DNA of 64,000 bases from Cyanophyceae cyanobacterium (GTDB taxonomy: Bacteria; Cyanobacteriota; Cyanobacteriia; Cyanobacteriales; Laspinemataceae): contig JBBQFN010000011.1 in the NCBI GenBank assembly GCA_038321985.1, forward strand, positions 84,751 to 148,750, in the 5' to 3' direction. The translations under genes and the position numbers were made by a program. Below the pieces are notes generated by a model that searched no databases, was not told the origin of the DNA, and worked only from the letters and a program-made list of their open reading frames with translations. How positions within the stretch are numbered: position 1 is the first letter of the stretch; every line of letters starts with the position of its first letter. Shown piece after piece: positions 39,693 through 50,141 of this stretch.

Positions 39693-40994
39693 TTAGTTAC
39701 GGGCCTCCCACTGCTGGGCTGCATTAGTGACCGCCTGGTCCACGGACTGTTGACCTAGCATGGCCCCCTGTAAATTGTCGTAAATAATCCGTTGCAGTTG
39801 CTGGATATCTTCCATCGCCGGGATTAGGGCCTCTGCACTCTTCATATCCCCAGCGCTAATAATCCGGGCGCGATCAATCGCAGAGGCATCCGCAGGTAAT
39901 GCCTGAAAATGACTATCCTGGAGGGATTGCAGGGTAGAGGGGAGAACATTGGCATCCTTGGCAAAGGTCAACTGATTTTCATTATTGGTGACAAATAGAG
40001 CAAATTTAACTGCTGCCTCTGGGACATCCGTATCGCGAGGAATGACTAAATTCATCACTGCGGCAGTTTTCTTTCCGGTTTGGCCGGTAATCTGGGGCGC
40101 GGCAGCAGAGACTTGGGCAATACTCGGGGCATTTTCGGCGATCGTCTTGAAAAATTGGGGTCCTGAGCCCAGGAGGGCTATTTCTCCCGCTTGATAGAGT
40201 TGGACCGCTTGCCGGTGCCCTTGGGTGAGAACTTCCCGAGGTAACAAACCCTTTTGATAGAGGTCTACCCAATATTGAAAAGCGGCCCGACCTTCTGGGG
40301 TGTTAAAGGCGGCCTTGCCTTCGGCATCCACCAGTTGCATTCCCATTTGCACCATCGATTCCAGGACCTCCGAGGAATCCCCGGGAACGAATGTCACGAA
40401 TAGGGCATATTTGCCCGTTTTTTCGCGAATTTGTTGGGCGACTTCGGCTAATTCAGCATAAGTGCTGGGAGGCTTTTCAATTCCAGCTTCCTTGAAGAGT
40501 TGGGTGTTATAAATAGAGATTCGCGTAGTCAGATACCAAGGGATGCCAAAGCTGGTGCCATTTAAGGTACTTGCTTTCCAGATATTGGGGAGATACTGCT
40601 GGCGAATGTCAGCAGGGACCTGAGAATCCAGGTCTAACCACGCATTGCGACTGGCAAGAAGCGTGGCAAAATTAGGATTAAGGTTGACTACATCCGGGGC
40701 AGTTTTGGCCGATACAGCTGCCAGAATTTTGCTTTCCATTGCAGACCAAGGCACATCAACCCAACGCACCTTAATTTCAGGATTTTCTGATTCAAAGGTG
40801 GTGATTAAGGTATTGAAATAGTCTGTAAACTGCGGCTGGAGTTGCATCGTCCAAAATTCAACTTCCGAGGTCCCCGATGCGGGTTGTCCCGAATTGGAGC
40901 CAGTACCGTTGGTGCAGGCGATCGCCCAACTGAGTAACAACCCCGACAAGGCAAATAGTCCAAAGCGTTTCCAACGGTTGATTTTTACTCTCAT
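39693..40994 (-). CDS. Sugar ABC transporter substrate-binding lipoprotein
   Basis: Lipobox AIAC; 'FWTMQL', 'APDVVNLNP', 'GIPWY', 'PPSTY.EL'. Confidence 0.88.
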   Translation of the reverse strand: MRVKINRWKRFGLFALSGLLLSWAIACTNGTGSNSGQPASGTSEVEFWTMQLQPQFTDYFNTLITTFESENPEIKVRWVDVPWSAMESKILAAVSAKTAPDVVNLNPNFATLLASRNAWLDLDSQVPADIRQQYLPNIWKASTLNGTSFGIPWYLTTRISIYNTQLFKEAGIEKPPSTYAELAEVAQQIREKTGKYALFVTFVPGDSSEVLESMVQMGMQLVDAEGKAAFNTPEGRAAFQYWVDLYQKGLLPREVLTQGHRQAVQLYQAGEIALLGSGPQFFKTIAENAPSIAQVSAAAPQITGQTGKKTAAVMNLVIPRDTDVPEAAVKFALFVTNNENQLTFAKDANVLPSTLQSLQDSHFQALPADASAIDRARIISAGDMKSAEALIPAMEDIQQLQRIIYDNLQGAMLGQQSVDQAVTNAAQQWEARN

Positions 40995-41267
40995 AGCCTA
41001 ATTAGCATAGGACCCATAAGGTCGGGTGAGATAACGAACATCAAGGGAATTTGACCCAGGCAAAGCGTGCTGATCGTAACTCAAATTGGTTAGATTATGA
41101 ATACTCTATCCCCCTCGGGGACTATTTTGCTGGACTCTGGTGGAGCAACGCCTGATTGGTGTCAGTCTCCAAGCGCTTGCTAAGATTAAGGACTAGCACT
41201 CGCTGCTGTCACATAGGGTTTTGATGATTTCCAACTCACCCCCTTTCATTAAATATGGGACAAAACC

Positions 41268-42383
41268 GTGGTTAACTTCTTTAAAAAACTCCTGTCTAAA
41301 GGCTCCAATGGAATTGGACTTGAAATTGCTCCAGAACGACTCAATATCGTGCAACTGCGTCAACAGGGTGCCTCCTATCAACTCGAAACGTATGCCACGG
41401 TGGAAGTCCCCGAAGGCGTTGTGCAAGAAGGGTTGATTGCTGACCCCCCGGAGATGGCCCAAATCATCCAAGAAACTCTAGCGGAACACAATTTAACGAA
41501 TATCAAGCGGGTGGCTACCGCTGTACCCGCGCGCGAAGGAGTAATTCGGATTATCCCAGTCCCTAAAGAACTGAATGATTTGGAATTGCGGGAGTATATG
41601 AACCAAGAGGCGGGGCTATATTTGCCGTTTCCCCGAGAAGAGGCAGATGTAGACTTCCAAAAGTTAGGGGAGTTCATGGATGAGGATGGCATCGAAAAAG
41701 TTCAGGTGCTGCTCGTTGCGACCCGCAAAGAAGTTACCGATACTTATATTAGTACGTTTCAAGAAGCCGGATTAGGGATAGAAATTCTAGAAATTTCTAG
41801 TTTTGCTCTGTTGCGGACCCTTCGAGAACAACTGCTTCAGTTACCCTCAGAAGAGGCGGTGGTTCTGACTGATATTCAGTTTGATAGTACCGAGATTGCG
41901 ATCGTTGTTGATGGAATTCCTCAGTTTTCCAGAACCATCCCGATTGGTACCTATCAGGTTCAAACGGCACTGTCCCAAGCTATGAATTTACCCCCCTCTC
42001 GCAATACTGATATGTTGCAGGGAATGACCATTCCTGCGAACCCAACAGAAAGCACCGGAGCAGGTACAATGGGAGGGGGAAGTAGCCCCGGAACTCAGGC
42101 TATTATTAAAGTGTTTTCTGAGCTAGGGGATGAACTGCGGCGCTCAATCGATTTTTATATGAATCAGAGCGAAGGATTGGAGGTCGGACAGCTCCTGCTG
42201 GCAGGACCGGGCGCATCGATTGGAGGGTTAGATGACTTTTTCAATCAGCGATTAAGTTTATTAAGCATAGTAGTGGATCCAGTGGAGAATTTAGCCCTGG
42301 AAGTAGATGAAGAAAAAATGCCCCTAATGCAGCGCCCGGGATTGGGAGTTGTGCTGGGGTTAGCCATGCGGGAGGCAAAATGA
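41268..42383 (+). CDS. pilM: Type IV pilus assembly protein PilM
   Basis: Actin-like 'IGLEI', 'YLPFPREEAD.D', 'ELRRSIDFY', 'GLA.RE'; first of pilMNOQ. Confidence 0.95.
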   Translation: MVNFFKKLLSKGSNGIGLEIAPERLNIVQLRQQGASYQLETYATVEVPEGVVQEGLIADPPEMAQIIQETLAEHNLTNIKRVATAVPAREGVIRIIPVPKELNDLELREYMNQEAGLYLPFPREEADVDFQKLGEFMDEDGIEKVQVLLVATRKEVTDTYISTFQEAGLGIEILEISSFALLRTLREQLLQLPSEEAVVLTDIQFDSTEIAIVVDGIPQFSRTIPIGTYQVQTALSQAMNLPPSRNTDMLQGMTIPANPTESTGAGTMGGGSSPGTQAIIKVFSELGDELRRSIDFYMNQSEGLEVGQLLLAGPGASIGGLDDFFNQRLSLLSIVVDPVENLALEVDEEKMPLMQRPGLGVVLGLAMREAK

Positions 42384-42384
42384 A

Positions 42385-43191
42385 ATGTATAGTCTAGAAA
42401 TTAATTTTCTCAACGATCGCGCTGATTATAAGCCCCCAGCCCCTAGAGCATCAACCCGCCAGACATCCCGGCAACAAACGACTATGTTGATTGCGGGTCT
42501 GGCTACAGGAATATCGGCGATCGCCGTGGTCATGGGGGGCTGGTTTATGGTGAATAACCAAAATACCGAACTGCGCGGACAACTGGCAAACCTAGAGTCT
42601 CAAGCGGGTAGTTTGGGAGCTCAAGTTCAAGAGGTAGAAGCCATTAATGCTGAAATTCAGCAATTAAACACGCAAATCACATTTTTTGCCAATATTTTCA
42701 ATACTTCCGTTAAACCGATGTCAGCGCTGTTACAAGAACTACGCGATCGCTTACCGGCAGGAGTGCAAGTAGCTAATCTAAACCACACCATCGAACAAGC
42801 CCTCCCCGAAGAAATTCAAACCACTTCACCTTGGACAAAAGTCAAGCAAAAAATTCAGATCCGGGGATATGCCAAAACCTTTGATGAAGTCAATGATTTT
42901 GTACTCACCCTGAAGCGATCGCCATTCTTTAATGAAGCTCAAACCCAGTTAGTAGATGCCACCCTGGTAGACAATCCGGTTGAAGTGGAATGCGACCCCA
43001 GTTTTCAGGCTCAACAGGTGACCTGTCCTCCGGAGGAATTTCAACTGCCAAGAGTCGTTGAATATAACATTAACGCTACAGTGAGTAACGTTCTGGCTTC
43101 AGAAATTCTTGCCGATCTACAGAGAACAAAAGCGGAAGGCCTGACAACGCGTCTCAATTTACTCGAACAAGAGGGGGTAATTCAACGATGA
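42385..43191 (+). CDS. pilN: Type IV pilus assembly protein PilN
   Basis: N-terminal 'MYSLEINFL', TM, coiled coil, 'VNDFVLTL..SPF'. Confidence 0.9.
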   Translation: MYSLEINFLNDRADYKPPAPRASTRQTSRQQTTMLIAGLATGISAIAVVMGGWFMVNNQNTELRGQLANLESQAGSLGAQVQEVEAINAEIQQLNTQITFFANIFNTSVKPMSALLQELRDRLPAGVQVANLNHTIEQALPEEIQTTSPWTKVKQKIQIRGYAKTFDEVNDFVLTLKRSPFFNEAQTQLVDATLVDNPVEVECDPSFQAQQVTCPPEEFQLPRVVEYNINATVSNVLASEILADLQRTKAEGLTTRLNLLEQEGVIQR

Positions 43192-44039
43192 CCGTCAGCG
43201 AACAGTTTAGGTCAATGGAGGCAGCCCGAGCTGATGCAGCTGCACCTCCCGGAAGTTATAAAATCGGCAGCTTGGTCTTAACTCCGCAAATTCAAGGAAT
43301 TTTAATTGCTGTGCTGGGGTTGGGACTCGCTGGATTTGCTGGGTTTAAGATGCTATTACCTGCCCTCCAAGAGCGGGACACCTTAAAGATGCAAATTGCT
43401 GAAAAAGAAGCCGAAATCACCGCTCAACGCACGAAAATTAGCCAAATGGACGAGGCTAAAGCAAATTTAGCCGCAGCTAAACAGCAAAAGGAAAATGTCT
43501 TAGGCTTATTTGCTGAAGGGGCAACTTTAGAAACGTTGCTATTGGATGTTAACCAAATTGTTCGGCAAAGTGGCGGCAAGTTAGAAGCGTTCAAGCCTCT
43601 AGAAGCCAGCCCCAACGAGTGGATTTTCACTGACGCTCCCGCCCCTGGGGCTACAGCAGCAGCAGCGCCTCCGGTGGATCCTGCAGCTGCCCCCACCCCC
43701 GTTACCCCCCCGACTCCTTCTTTAACCCTGTCCCAAGCAGTGGAAGGTCAGACAATGGCTTTAGAAATGGCCGGGAGTTATCAGCAAACCCTAGATACTT
43801 TGCGACGACTTGAACGGCTGCAACAAATGGTCGTCTTTGGTGAATTTACCAGTGAATTGGGTGAAGGGAGTCAGAGAATTTTTGTCAATCCTGATGGTAA
43901 AATTACCGAACAGGGACAAGCAAGTCTCGAAACCAATTTTAATTTGATAGCGGTGATGCCGTTACCCCCAGAGCAGCTTAAAAATTTAGCAGCCCCGCCG
44001 CCCCCAGCGGCCCCACCGGCGGCAGCCCCCCCACCATAA
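43188..44039 (+). CDS. pilO: Type IV pilus assembly protein PilO
   Basis: TM + coiled coil, 'L.TLLLD.N', 'G.Y.Q....LR..ERLQ'; position in operon. Confidence 0.85.
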   Translation: MTVSEQFRSMEAARADAAAPPGSYKIGSLVLTPQIQGILIAVLGLGLAGFAGFKMLLPALQERDTLKMQIAEKEAEITAQRTKISQMDEAKANLAAAKQQKENVLGLFAEGATLETLLLDVNQIVRQSGGKLEAFKPLEASPNEWIFTDAPAPGATAAAAPPVDPAAAPTPVTPPTPSLTLSQAVEGQTMALEMAGSYQQTLDTLRRLERLQQMVVFGEFTSELGEGSQRIFVNPDGKITEQGQASLETNFNLIAVMPLPPEQLKNLAAPPPPAAPPAAAPPP

Positions 44040-44298
44040 GGGGAGAAGTTTAAGAATGGCGATCGCAGTTGCAGGAGTTTCAGAAGACAGATGCCACGGC
44101 ACCGGAAACCAGGGGAGGGCGATCGCCACTCACTTCGGCTGTGCCCTGTCCCTTTACAAAAATTTAAAACAGGAATCCGGATAGGGGAGTATTAATGAAT
44201 CAAACCTATCCGTTTTTTGACAGTTAGAGATTGAAGCGCTATATATGACTTCAATCGGAGTTTAATCGGAGTGTACTTTTTTTAGGGAGGAGGGAACG

Positions 44299-46614
44299 GT
44301 GAAACAGCCTCATGCACTCGGGTGCTTATTTGGAGCTAGTGCGATCGTGATCATGGCCAGCGCACCGGCGATCGCAGTCACTCAAATCACAGGAGTGAAC
44401 GTCAATACCAGCGGTGGTGGAGTCCAGGTCATTTTGGATACCCAGGGGGGCGATCGACCCCAAGTCTTTACGGTGAACCGAGGTACAGACGTTATTGCAG
44501 ATATTATCAATACTCAACTCAGCTTACCTGGGGGTCAGAGCTTCCGTCAAAACAACCCCGCACCGGGGATTGCCTCCATCGTCGTCACCCCTCTTGATGC
44601 CAATAGCGTCCGGGTGATCGTCAGTGGCACCACCAGCGCGCCACAGGTAGCCATCAACCAAGCCGACGCCGCTGGAATTAATCTTGGATTCAATACGGGA
44701 GGAGTCGCTTCAGTTCCAAATCTGGGCCCTTCCACCCCTCCTCCACCTCCAGGCATCAGTCAATTCCCAGGTACTACTCCGGGTCTGGAACCTGGGATGC
44801 CTACTCCCCCTGTCAGCCTTGAGGGTGGCCCTGCTCCGATTACTAGACCCAACCCGTCATCCGTACCCCCATTTCAGCCGCGAGCCGTTGCCCCCCCGGT
44901 GGGTGATATCGCGGTTTCTAATATAAATCCCGCTGTTAGACCGATTGATCTCAACACCGGCGAGGTGATTCCCCGCTTAGTCTTGCGAGATGCCCCGGTG
45001 CGTGATGTGTTGGCGCTGCTTGCCCGAGTTGCTGGAGTTAACGTGGCCTATGCTACTGGCGCTACGACGGGACAGGAAGCAGGACAGGAAACTCAAGATG
45101 AACTGAAAATATCTTTAGATATTGAAAATGAGCCAGTTCAAAATGTTTTTAACTACGTTCTACGCTTAAGTGGATTGCAAGCTAACCGACAGGGAAACAC
45201 TGTATTTGTTGGGGTCCGACTACCCGATATTGCTCGGGATGTTATCAGTCGAACTGTGCGGGTCAATCAGCTTAATTTAATCCAAGCCCTCAATTTCCTC
45301 GTTGCTCAAGGTGCCGAGCGCAATGAAGTTCAAACAACCACTCAAACAATAGTCACCGGAGAGGGTGCAACGGCTCAATCCTTCACAAACACGACAACTA
45401 CCGTGGAATTAATTGGAGCTGATACCACTGACACCCCTTATCAAGGCAGTGCTCCTTTGCCACTCCGAGGTGTATTAGTCTCTGGAGATCAGCGAACGAA
45501 TTCGATTACAGTAGTGGGCGATCCGAGCCAAGTTGAGGTGGCAGTTGCGCTGTTAAGTCAAATTGATGTCCGCCGCCGCCAAGTTGCTGTCAATGTCAAA
45601 ATTATTGACGTAAATTTAAGCAACATTGATGAGTTTAATAGTAGCTTTTCCTTCGGAATTAATGATAGTTTCTTTGTCAACGATGGAGGAGCCGCAGCGG
45701 TTAACTTTGGAGGGATTAATCCTCCCACCCGCGAAGGCGTAGCGGACGGCACCTTCTCACGCCCAGTGGTACCAAATCCCTTTGTAAACGCCGGAATCCA
45801 GTACGATCCCAACCAAACCACCCAAGTTCCCCTCACGGGTCCAGGCGCGGGAGCCTTATTTCTGCGCCCGGTTCCCGGAATTGGCACTGATCCTTTGAGG
45901 GTAAGGGTGTCAGACTATACGGTGTTTGAGGTTGATCCAACCACTGGGGTGATTACACCGGGTACGGCTAATTTCAGTTTACCCACCTTATTCCAATATC
46001 CACAAAAGTTTCTAGCACTTCTGCAAGCCCAGATTCAAAGTCGCAATGCCAAGATCCTCACCGATCCGACTTTAGTAGTGCAAGAGGGAGAAACGGCGAG
46101 AGTGGAACTCACCCAGCAGGTCCTCTCTAGCGTGACTATTGAAAGGCAAGATACGGTTGCAGGTTCACGACAGACACTTATCCCGAATCTGGAACCTGTT
46201 GGATTAACCCTGAGTGTGAACGTTGAGCGGATTGATGACAATGGCTTTATTTCTTTAGATTTAATTCCTGAAGTCAGTTCCCCTCTAGCGGCAGTGGACA
46301 CAGGTGACGGTTTTGTGACCCCTATCCAGCGACGACTCCTGCAATCGGGGACGATTCGGATTCGGGATGGACAGACTCTGATTATCTCGGGGATTATTCA
46401 GGATCAAGACCGGACCACAGTAAGCAAGGTCCCAATTTTAGGGGATTTACCCCTGATTGGGGCTTTGTTCAGAAGCACTAGCCGCACAAATGAACGGGCT
46501 GAGGTGATTGTCTTGCTGACGCCTCAGATTTTGGATGATTCTGAAAATGCTGGCTTTGGTTATGGGTATGCCCCTGGACAAGAGGCCCAGCAAATGTTGA
46601 ATCAAAATCGGTAA
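44299..46614 (+). CDS. pilQ: Type IV pilus secretin PilQ (AMIN + secretin)
   Basis: Signal peptide, AMIN-like N-terminus, 'PRAVAPPVGD', 'LRDAPVRDVL', secretin 'KVPILGDLPLIGALFR'. Confidence 0.92.
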   Translation: MKQPHALGCLFGASAIVIMASAPAIAVTQITGVNVNTSGGGVQVILDTQGGDRPQVFTVNRGTDVIADIINTQLSLPGGQSFRQNNPAPGIASIVVTPLDANSVRVIVSGTTSAPQVAINQADAAGINLGFNTGGVASVPNLGPSTPPPPPGISQFPGTTPGLEPGMPTPPVSLEGGPAPITRPNPSSVPPFQPRAVAPPVGDIAVSNINPAVRPIDLNTGEVIPRLVLRDAPVRDVLALLARVAGVNVAYATGATTGQEAGQETQDELKISLDIENEPVQNVFNYVLRLSGLQANRQGNTVFVGVRLPDIARDVISRTVRVNQLNLIQALNFLVAQGAERNEVQTTTQTIVTGEGATAQSFTNTTTTVELIGADTTDTPYQGSAPLPLRGVLVSGDQRTNSITVVGDPSQVEVAVALLSQIDVRRRQVAVNVKIIDVNLSNIDEFNSSFSFGINDSFFVNDGGAAAVNFGGINPPTREGVADGTFSRPVVPNPFVNAGIQYDPNQTTQVPLTGPGAGALFLRPVPGIGTDPLRVRVSDYTVFEVDPTTGVITPGTANFSLPTLFQYPQKFLALLQAQIQSRNAKILTDPTLVVQEGETARVELTQQVLSSVTIERQDTVAGSRQTLIPNLEPVGLTLSVNVERIDDNGFISLDLIPEVSSPLAAVDTGDGFVTPIQRRLLQSGTIRIRDGQTLIISGIIQDQDRTTVSKVPILGDLPLIGALFRSTSRTNERAEVIVLLTPQILDDSENAGFGYGYAPGQEAQQMLNQNR

Positions 46615-46702
46615 TTTTCTATCTTTGAAGTCATCCCACTTCTGGCTTCTAATCCTTTAGATTGATTTTTTGGGGGGACTTCCCGCCTTTGAATCGAGAA
46701 TT

Positions 46703-46747
46703 AATACAACCTCCTGTTATATAAAAAACAGGAGGTTGTATTCTTTT
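46703..46747 (+). terminator. Terminator after pilQ
   Basis: AATACAACCTCCTGTT / AACAGGAGGTTGTATT 16-bp stem followed by CTTTT. Confidence 0.65.
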
Positions 46748-47054
46748 AAAGGGTTTCAGTCAATCTCATGTTGCTACAATTGTTATACTTAAAGTGAAAA
46801 TTCTTTTATGGATCCATTGGCGTGACCCTGAGATAAAAGGAAAAAAAAATCCTCAAATCTATATAAATTAAAGGTTTCACCGATCCATATTGGGTTGCCA
46901 CCCTTTAGAATAATGCAGTGAAAAGTCGAATCAGTGGGAGTTTCAGCGATTTATTTCTGATTCCTCCCTTAAACTACCTAAGAGACCTACTGAATTGCTG
47001 TGGCAATGGAGGTCCCTGGGACTCGCTCAAATACACCCTTAACGGAGTAACAAA

Positions 47055-47333
47055 ATGAACAAAGGTGAACTCGTTGATGCAGTAGCTGAGAAAGCTAACG
47101 TCACTAAAAAACAAGCGGATGCGGTCCTGACTGCGGCCCTCGATGCCATTATCGAAGCGGTCTCCTCTGGGGATAAAGTCACCCTGGTGGGATTTGGCTC
47201 GTTTGAAGCTCGTGAGCGCAAAGCGCGTGAAGGTCGCAACCCCAAAACTGGCGACAAAATGGAAATCCCGGCAACGAAGGTCCCTGCTTTCTCTGCGGGT
47301 AAGTTATTTAAAGAAAAAGTCGCCCCTAAATAA
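47055..47333 (+). CDS. hup: DNA-binding protein HU
   Basis: 'MNKGELV', 'GFGSF', 'GRNPKTG', 'PAFSAG'. Confidence 0.97.
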   Translation: MNKGELVDAVAEKANVTKKQADAVLTAALDAIIEAVSSGDKVTLVGFGSFEARERKAREGRNPKTGDKMEIPATKVPAFSAGKLFKEKVAPK

Positions 47334-47356
47334 GGGAGTTAGATCCCGACTGCCCT

Positions 47357-48475
47357 TTGAATCAGCCAAAGCATGGGGGGAATTTAGCCTGGGCCGCAAT
47401 TCTGGCCGGCTGTCCCCCTTCCTCTATCTTGGATTTCTCGGCTAGCATCAGTCCTTTGGGGCCGCCCCCATCGGTCGATGCGGCCATTCACAGTCATTTG
47501 GGCGAACTGCGAAACTACCCTGACCCCAGCTACTATTCCTTGCGATCGCAGTTGGGTCAGGCTTGCAGTCTGGCTCCTGAGTGGATCCTGCCCGGTAATG
47601 GGGCGGCAGAGTTGTTAACCTGGGCTGGGTGGGAATTATCCACCCTACCCACCACGTTTCTGTTAACCCCCGCCTTTGGCGATTACCGTCGTTGTCTCCA
47701 AACCTTTGGCGCAACTGTGGTTGACTGTCCCCTGTTGGGAGATGAGGAAGGGGAATTCCTGGGGGTGGATGAAGCTACGGCTCAAACCCCCTCGGGACTA
47801 GACACCCTGATTCCTAAACTGAAGCAGCAAAAGGCCCCTGGAGGTCTGTTGCTGAATAATCCTCACAATCCCACAGGTCAAGTGTTTTCAAAAACGGCTA
47901 TTCTGCCCTATCTGGAGCGTTTTGCTCTCGTGGTGGTGGATGAAGCCTTTATGGATTTTCTCCCTCCAGGGGACCAGGAAAGTCTAGTGAGTGTGGTCCA
48001 GGATTATCCGAATTTAGTGATTCTGCGATCGCTGACGAAGTTTTACTCGATGCCTGGACTACGCCTAGGGTATGCGATCGCCCATCCCGATCGCCTCCAA
48101 CGCTGGCAACAGTGGCGCGACCCCTGGCCGGTCAATATCCTAGCGGCAGCAGCAGGGGAAGCAGTGGTCCAGGATACGGCCTTTCAGGAACAAACTTGGG
48201 CCTGGTTGCCCCCCGCGCGATCGCAATTATTTGACGGATTAGCCAAAATAACCGGATTGCAGCCTCTGCCTTCAGCGGCGAATTTTTTACTGGTGCGATC
48301 GCATCATTCCTGTTCCCAACTGCAACGGGACTTACTCACCCGTCATCGCATCCTGATCCGCGACTGCCTCAGCTTTCCCGAACTTGGCGACGCCTATTTT
48401 CGGGTTGCCGTGCGTCTCCCGGAAGAAAACCAGCGCCTAATTGCCGCCTTAAATGATATTTTGTCTGTAAAGTAG
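47357..48475 (+). CDS. cobD: Threonine-phosphate decarboxylase (cobalamin synthesis)
   Basis: 'HGGN', 'DFSASI.PLG', 'GNGA.EL', 'NPHNPTG', 'DEAFMDF', 'RSLTKFY..PGLRLGY'. Confidence 0.88.
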   Translation: MNQPKHGGNLAWAAILAGCPPSSILDFSASISPLGPPPSVDAAIHSHLGELRNYPDPSYYSLRSQLGQACSLAPEWILPGNGAAELLTWAGWELSTLPTTFLLTPAFGDYRRCLQTFGATVVDCPLLGDEEGEFLGVDEATAQTPSGLDTLIPKLKQQKAPGGLLLNNPHNPTGQVFSKTAILPYLERFALVVVDEAFMDFLPPGDQESLVSVVQDYPNLVILRSLTKFYSMPGLRLGYAIAHPDRLQRWQQWRDPWPVNILAAAAGEAVVQDTAFQEQTWAWLPPARSQLFDGLAKITGLQPLPSAANFLLVRSHHSCSQLQRDLLTRHRILIRDCLSFPELGDAYFRVAVRLPEENQRLIAALNDILSVK

Positions 48476-48488
48476 GGACTCGAACACC

Positions 48489-49916
48489 GTGAGCTTGGAT
48501 TACGATTTAGTCGTCATTGGCGGCACCCGACCGGGGATAGAAGCTGCCATCACTGCCGCTAAACTGCAAGCGCGAGTAGCCCTGGTGCAACCGCCCCAAC
48601 AGGCAGTCAATGCCCCTCCGTTCCATGAAGGAACTGGACCCGTGCAAACTGCTGAGTTATTTGATTCCCCTTCGATTTTGTGGGGCGCACCCTTCCCCCA
48701 AGACCCTCAGCAACTGGCAGTCGCCCTCCAGCGATCGACTCAGGCCCTGGCATCCTTGGGGGAAGAACAGTCTCCGGCAGTTCTAGCGTCTCTCGGCATT
48801 GATGTGATTGCTGAGGCGGGAGAGTTTGCGAGGCTACCACGACTTGCGCTAAATATCAAGAGAAGATGCCTAGTTTCTCGCCATTATTTATTAGCCCCGA
48901 GTTTTCGGTCAGCGATTCCTGACATTCCGGGACTGGCAGCCACAGGCTATTTAACCCGAGAAACGTTCCATCACCTGATGGAACGTCCCCTGCCCCCGAG
49001 TATTGCAATTATTGGCAGCGATCCGAATGGCATTGAACTGGCGCAAATTTTGGTGCGATTGGGAATTGCAGTTACTCTGATCACTTCTGCACCCCAGATT
49101 TTGCCGAAAGAAGACCCAGAGGCAGCCCAACTGATTCAGGCACAACTGGAAGCGGACGGCGTTCGGGTTCTGACAGGTAATCCGGTGATTGCGGTTCAAT
49201 CTAATCAGGGTAAAAAGATTGTCCAGAGTGAAAATAGGGCGATCGCCTGCGATGAAATTTTCCTCGCCTGTGGTTTCCAGTCCAATATCGACGGATTAAA
49301 TTTAGAAGGAGTTGGCGTCAAATTTTACCGGACCGCCTTAGGTCAAAGAGTGCAACTCAACTCTAAATTACAAACCACAAACCCGCGCATTTATGGCTGT
49401 GGTAACCTAGCAGGTGGCTATCCCCTTGTTAATGTAGCCCGACATGAAGCTAGAATTGCCGTAAAAAATGCCTTATTTTTACCCCGTCATCGGGTTAATT
49501 ATTGGGGGATTCCCTGGGCCTTCCAAACCTATCCTGAAATTGCCCGAGTCGGACTGACTGAACCCCAAGCGAAACGTCGATATGATGATGTGGTTGTGTT
49601 GAGGCAATATTTCAAAGGCATTGCTGGGGGTCGATTGCAAGAGGAAACAACGGGTTTTTGTAAAGTATTGGTCCGGCAAAATGGAGATATTTTGGGCGCT
49701 CATATTTTGGGACCTAAAGCATCAGAACTGATTCACAGTTTTGCTTTAGGGATGCAAAATGACTTAAAGGTTGAGGCGATCGCAAATCTCCCTCACATTT
49801 GGCCCAGTTTATCGGAGATTAACCAGCAAACTGCCGAACTCTGGGAAGAGGAACGGTTCAAACGTAATACAGTATGGCAAAACCTTCTTGACATTTGGTT
49901 TAATTGGCGACGATAA
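48489..49916 (+). CDS. Pyridine nucleotide-disulfide oxidoreductase family protein (LpdA/MerA-like, lacking redox cysteines)
   Basis: 'YDLVVIG', 'P.IPGL', 'TTNP.IY..G', 'PEIARVGLTE', 'ILGAHILG..A.ELI'. Confidence 0.8.
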   Translation: MSLDYDLVVIGGTRPGIEAAITAAKLQARVALVQPPQQAVNAPPFHEGTGPVQTAELFDSPSILWGAPFPQDPQQLAVALQRSTQALASLGEEQSPAVLASLGIDVIAEAGEFARLPRLALNIKRRCLVSRHYLLAPSFRSAIPDIPGLAATGYLTRETFHHLMERPLPPSIAIIGSDPNGIELAQILVRLGIAVTLITSAPQILPKEDPEAAQLIQAQLEADGVRVLTGNPVIAVQSNQGKKIVQSENRAIACDEIFLACGFQSNIDGLNLEGVGVKFYRTALGQRVQLNSKLQTTNPRIYGCGNLAGGYPLVNVARHEARIAVKNALFLPRHRVNYWGIPWAFQTYPEIARVGLTEPQAKRRYDDVVVLRQYFKGIAGGRLQEETTGFCKVLVRQNGDILGAHILGPKASELIHSFALGMQNDLKVEAIANLPHIWPSLSEINQQTAELWEEERFKRNTVWQNLLDIWFNWRR

Positions 49917-50141
49917 TTCTCGGGCAACGGGTAACACTTTAGAAAGCACAGATAAGCGGTTTGAAGTCAAGATTGAGGTTGATTTTATCGATGCCAATCT
50001 GATACGGAATCCGGTAACGGTGCAAACTCCCTACATTGCTGAACAAAATTGTTTAGGTTGTGAATCAAAATGCAGCGTGGAAAAACCCAGGGAAATAAGA
50101 ACTGTAACTACACCATTTAAAATGAAAAAGAAAGGGGAGTG

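Noticed and set aside
41268..46614. Absence of pilP from pilMNOQ as a novelty
   Set aside because: Normal arrangement in cyanobacteria
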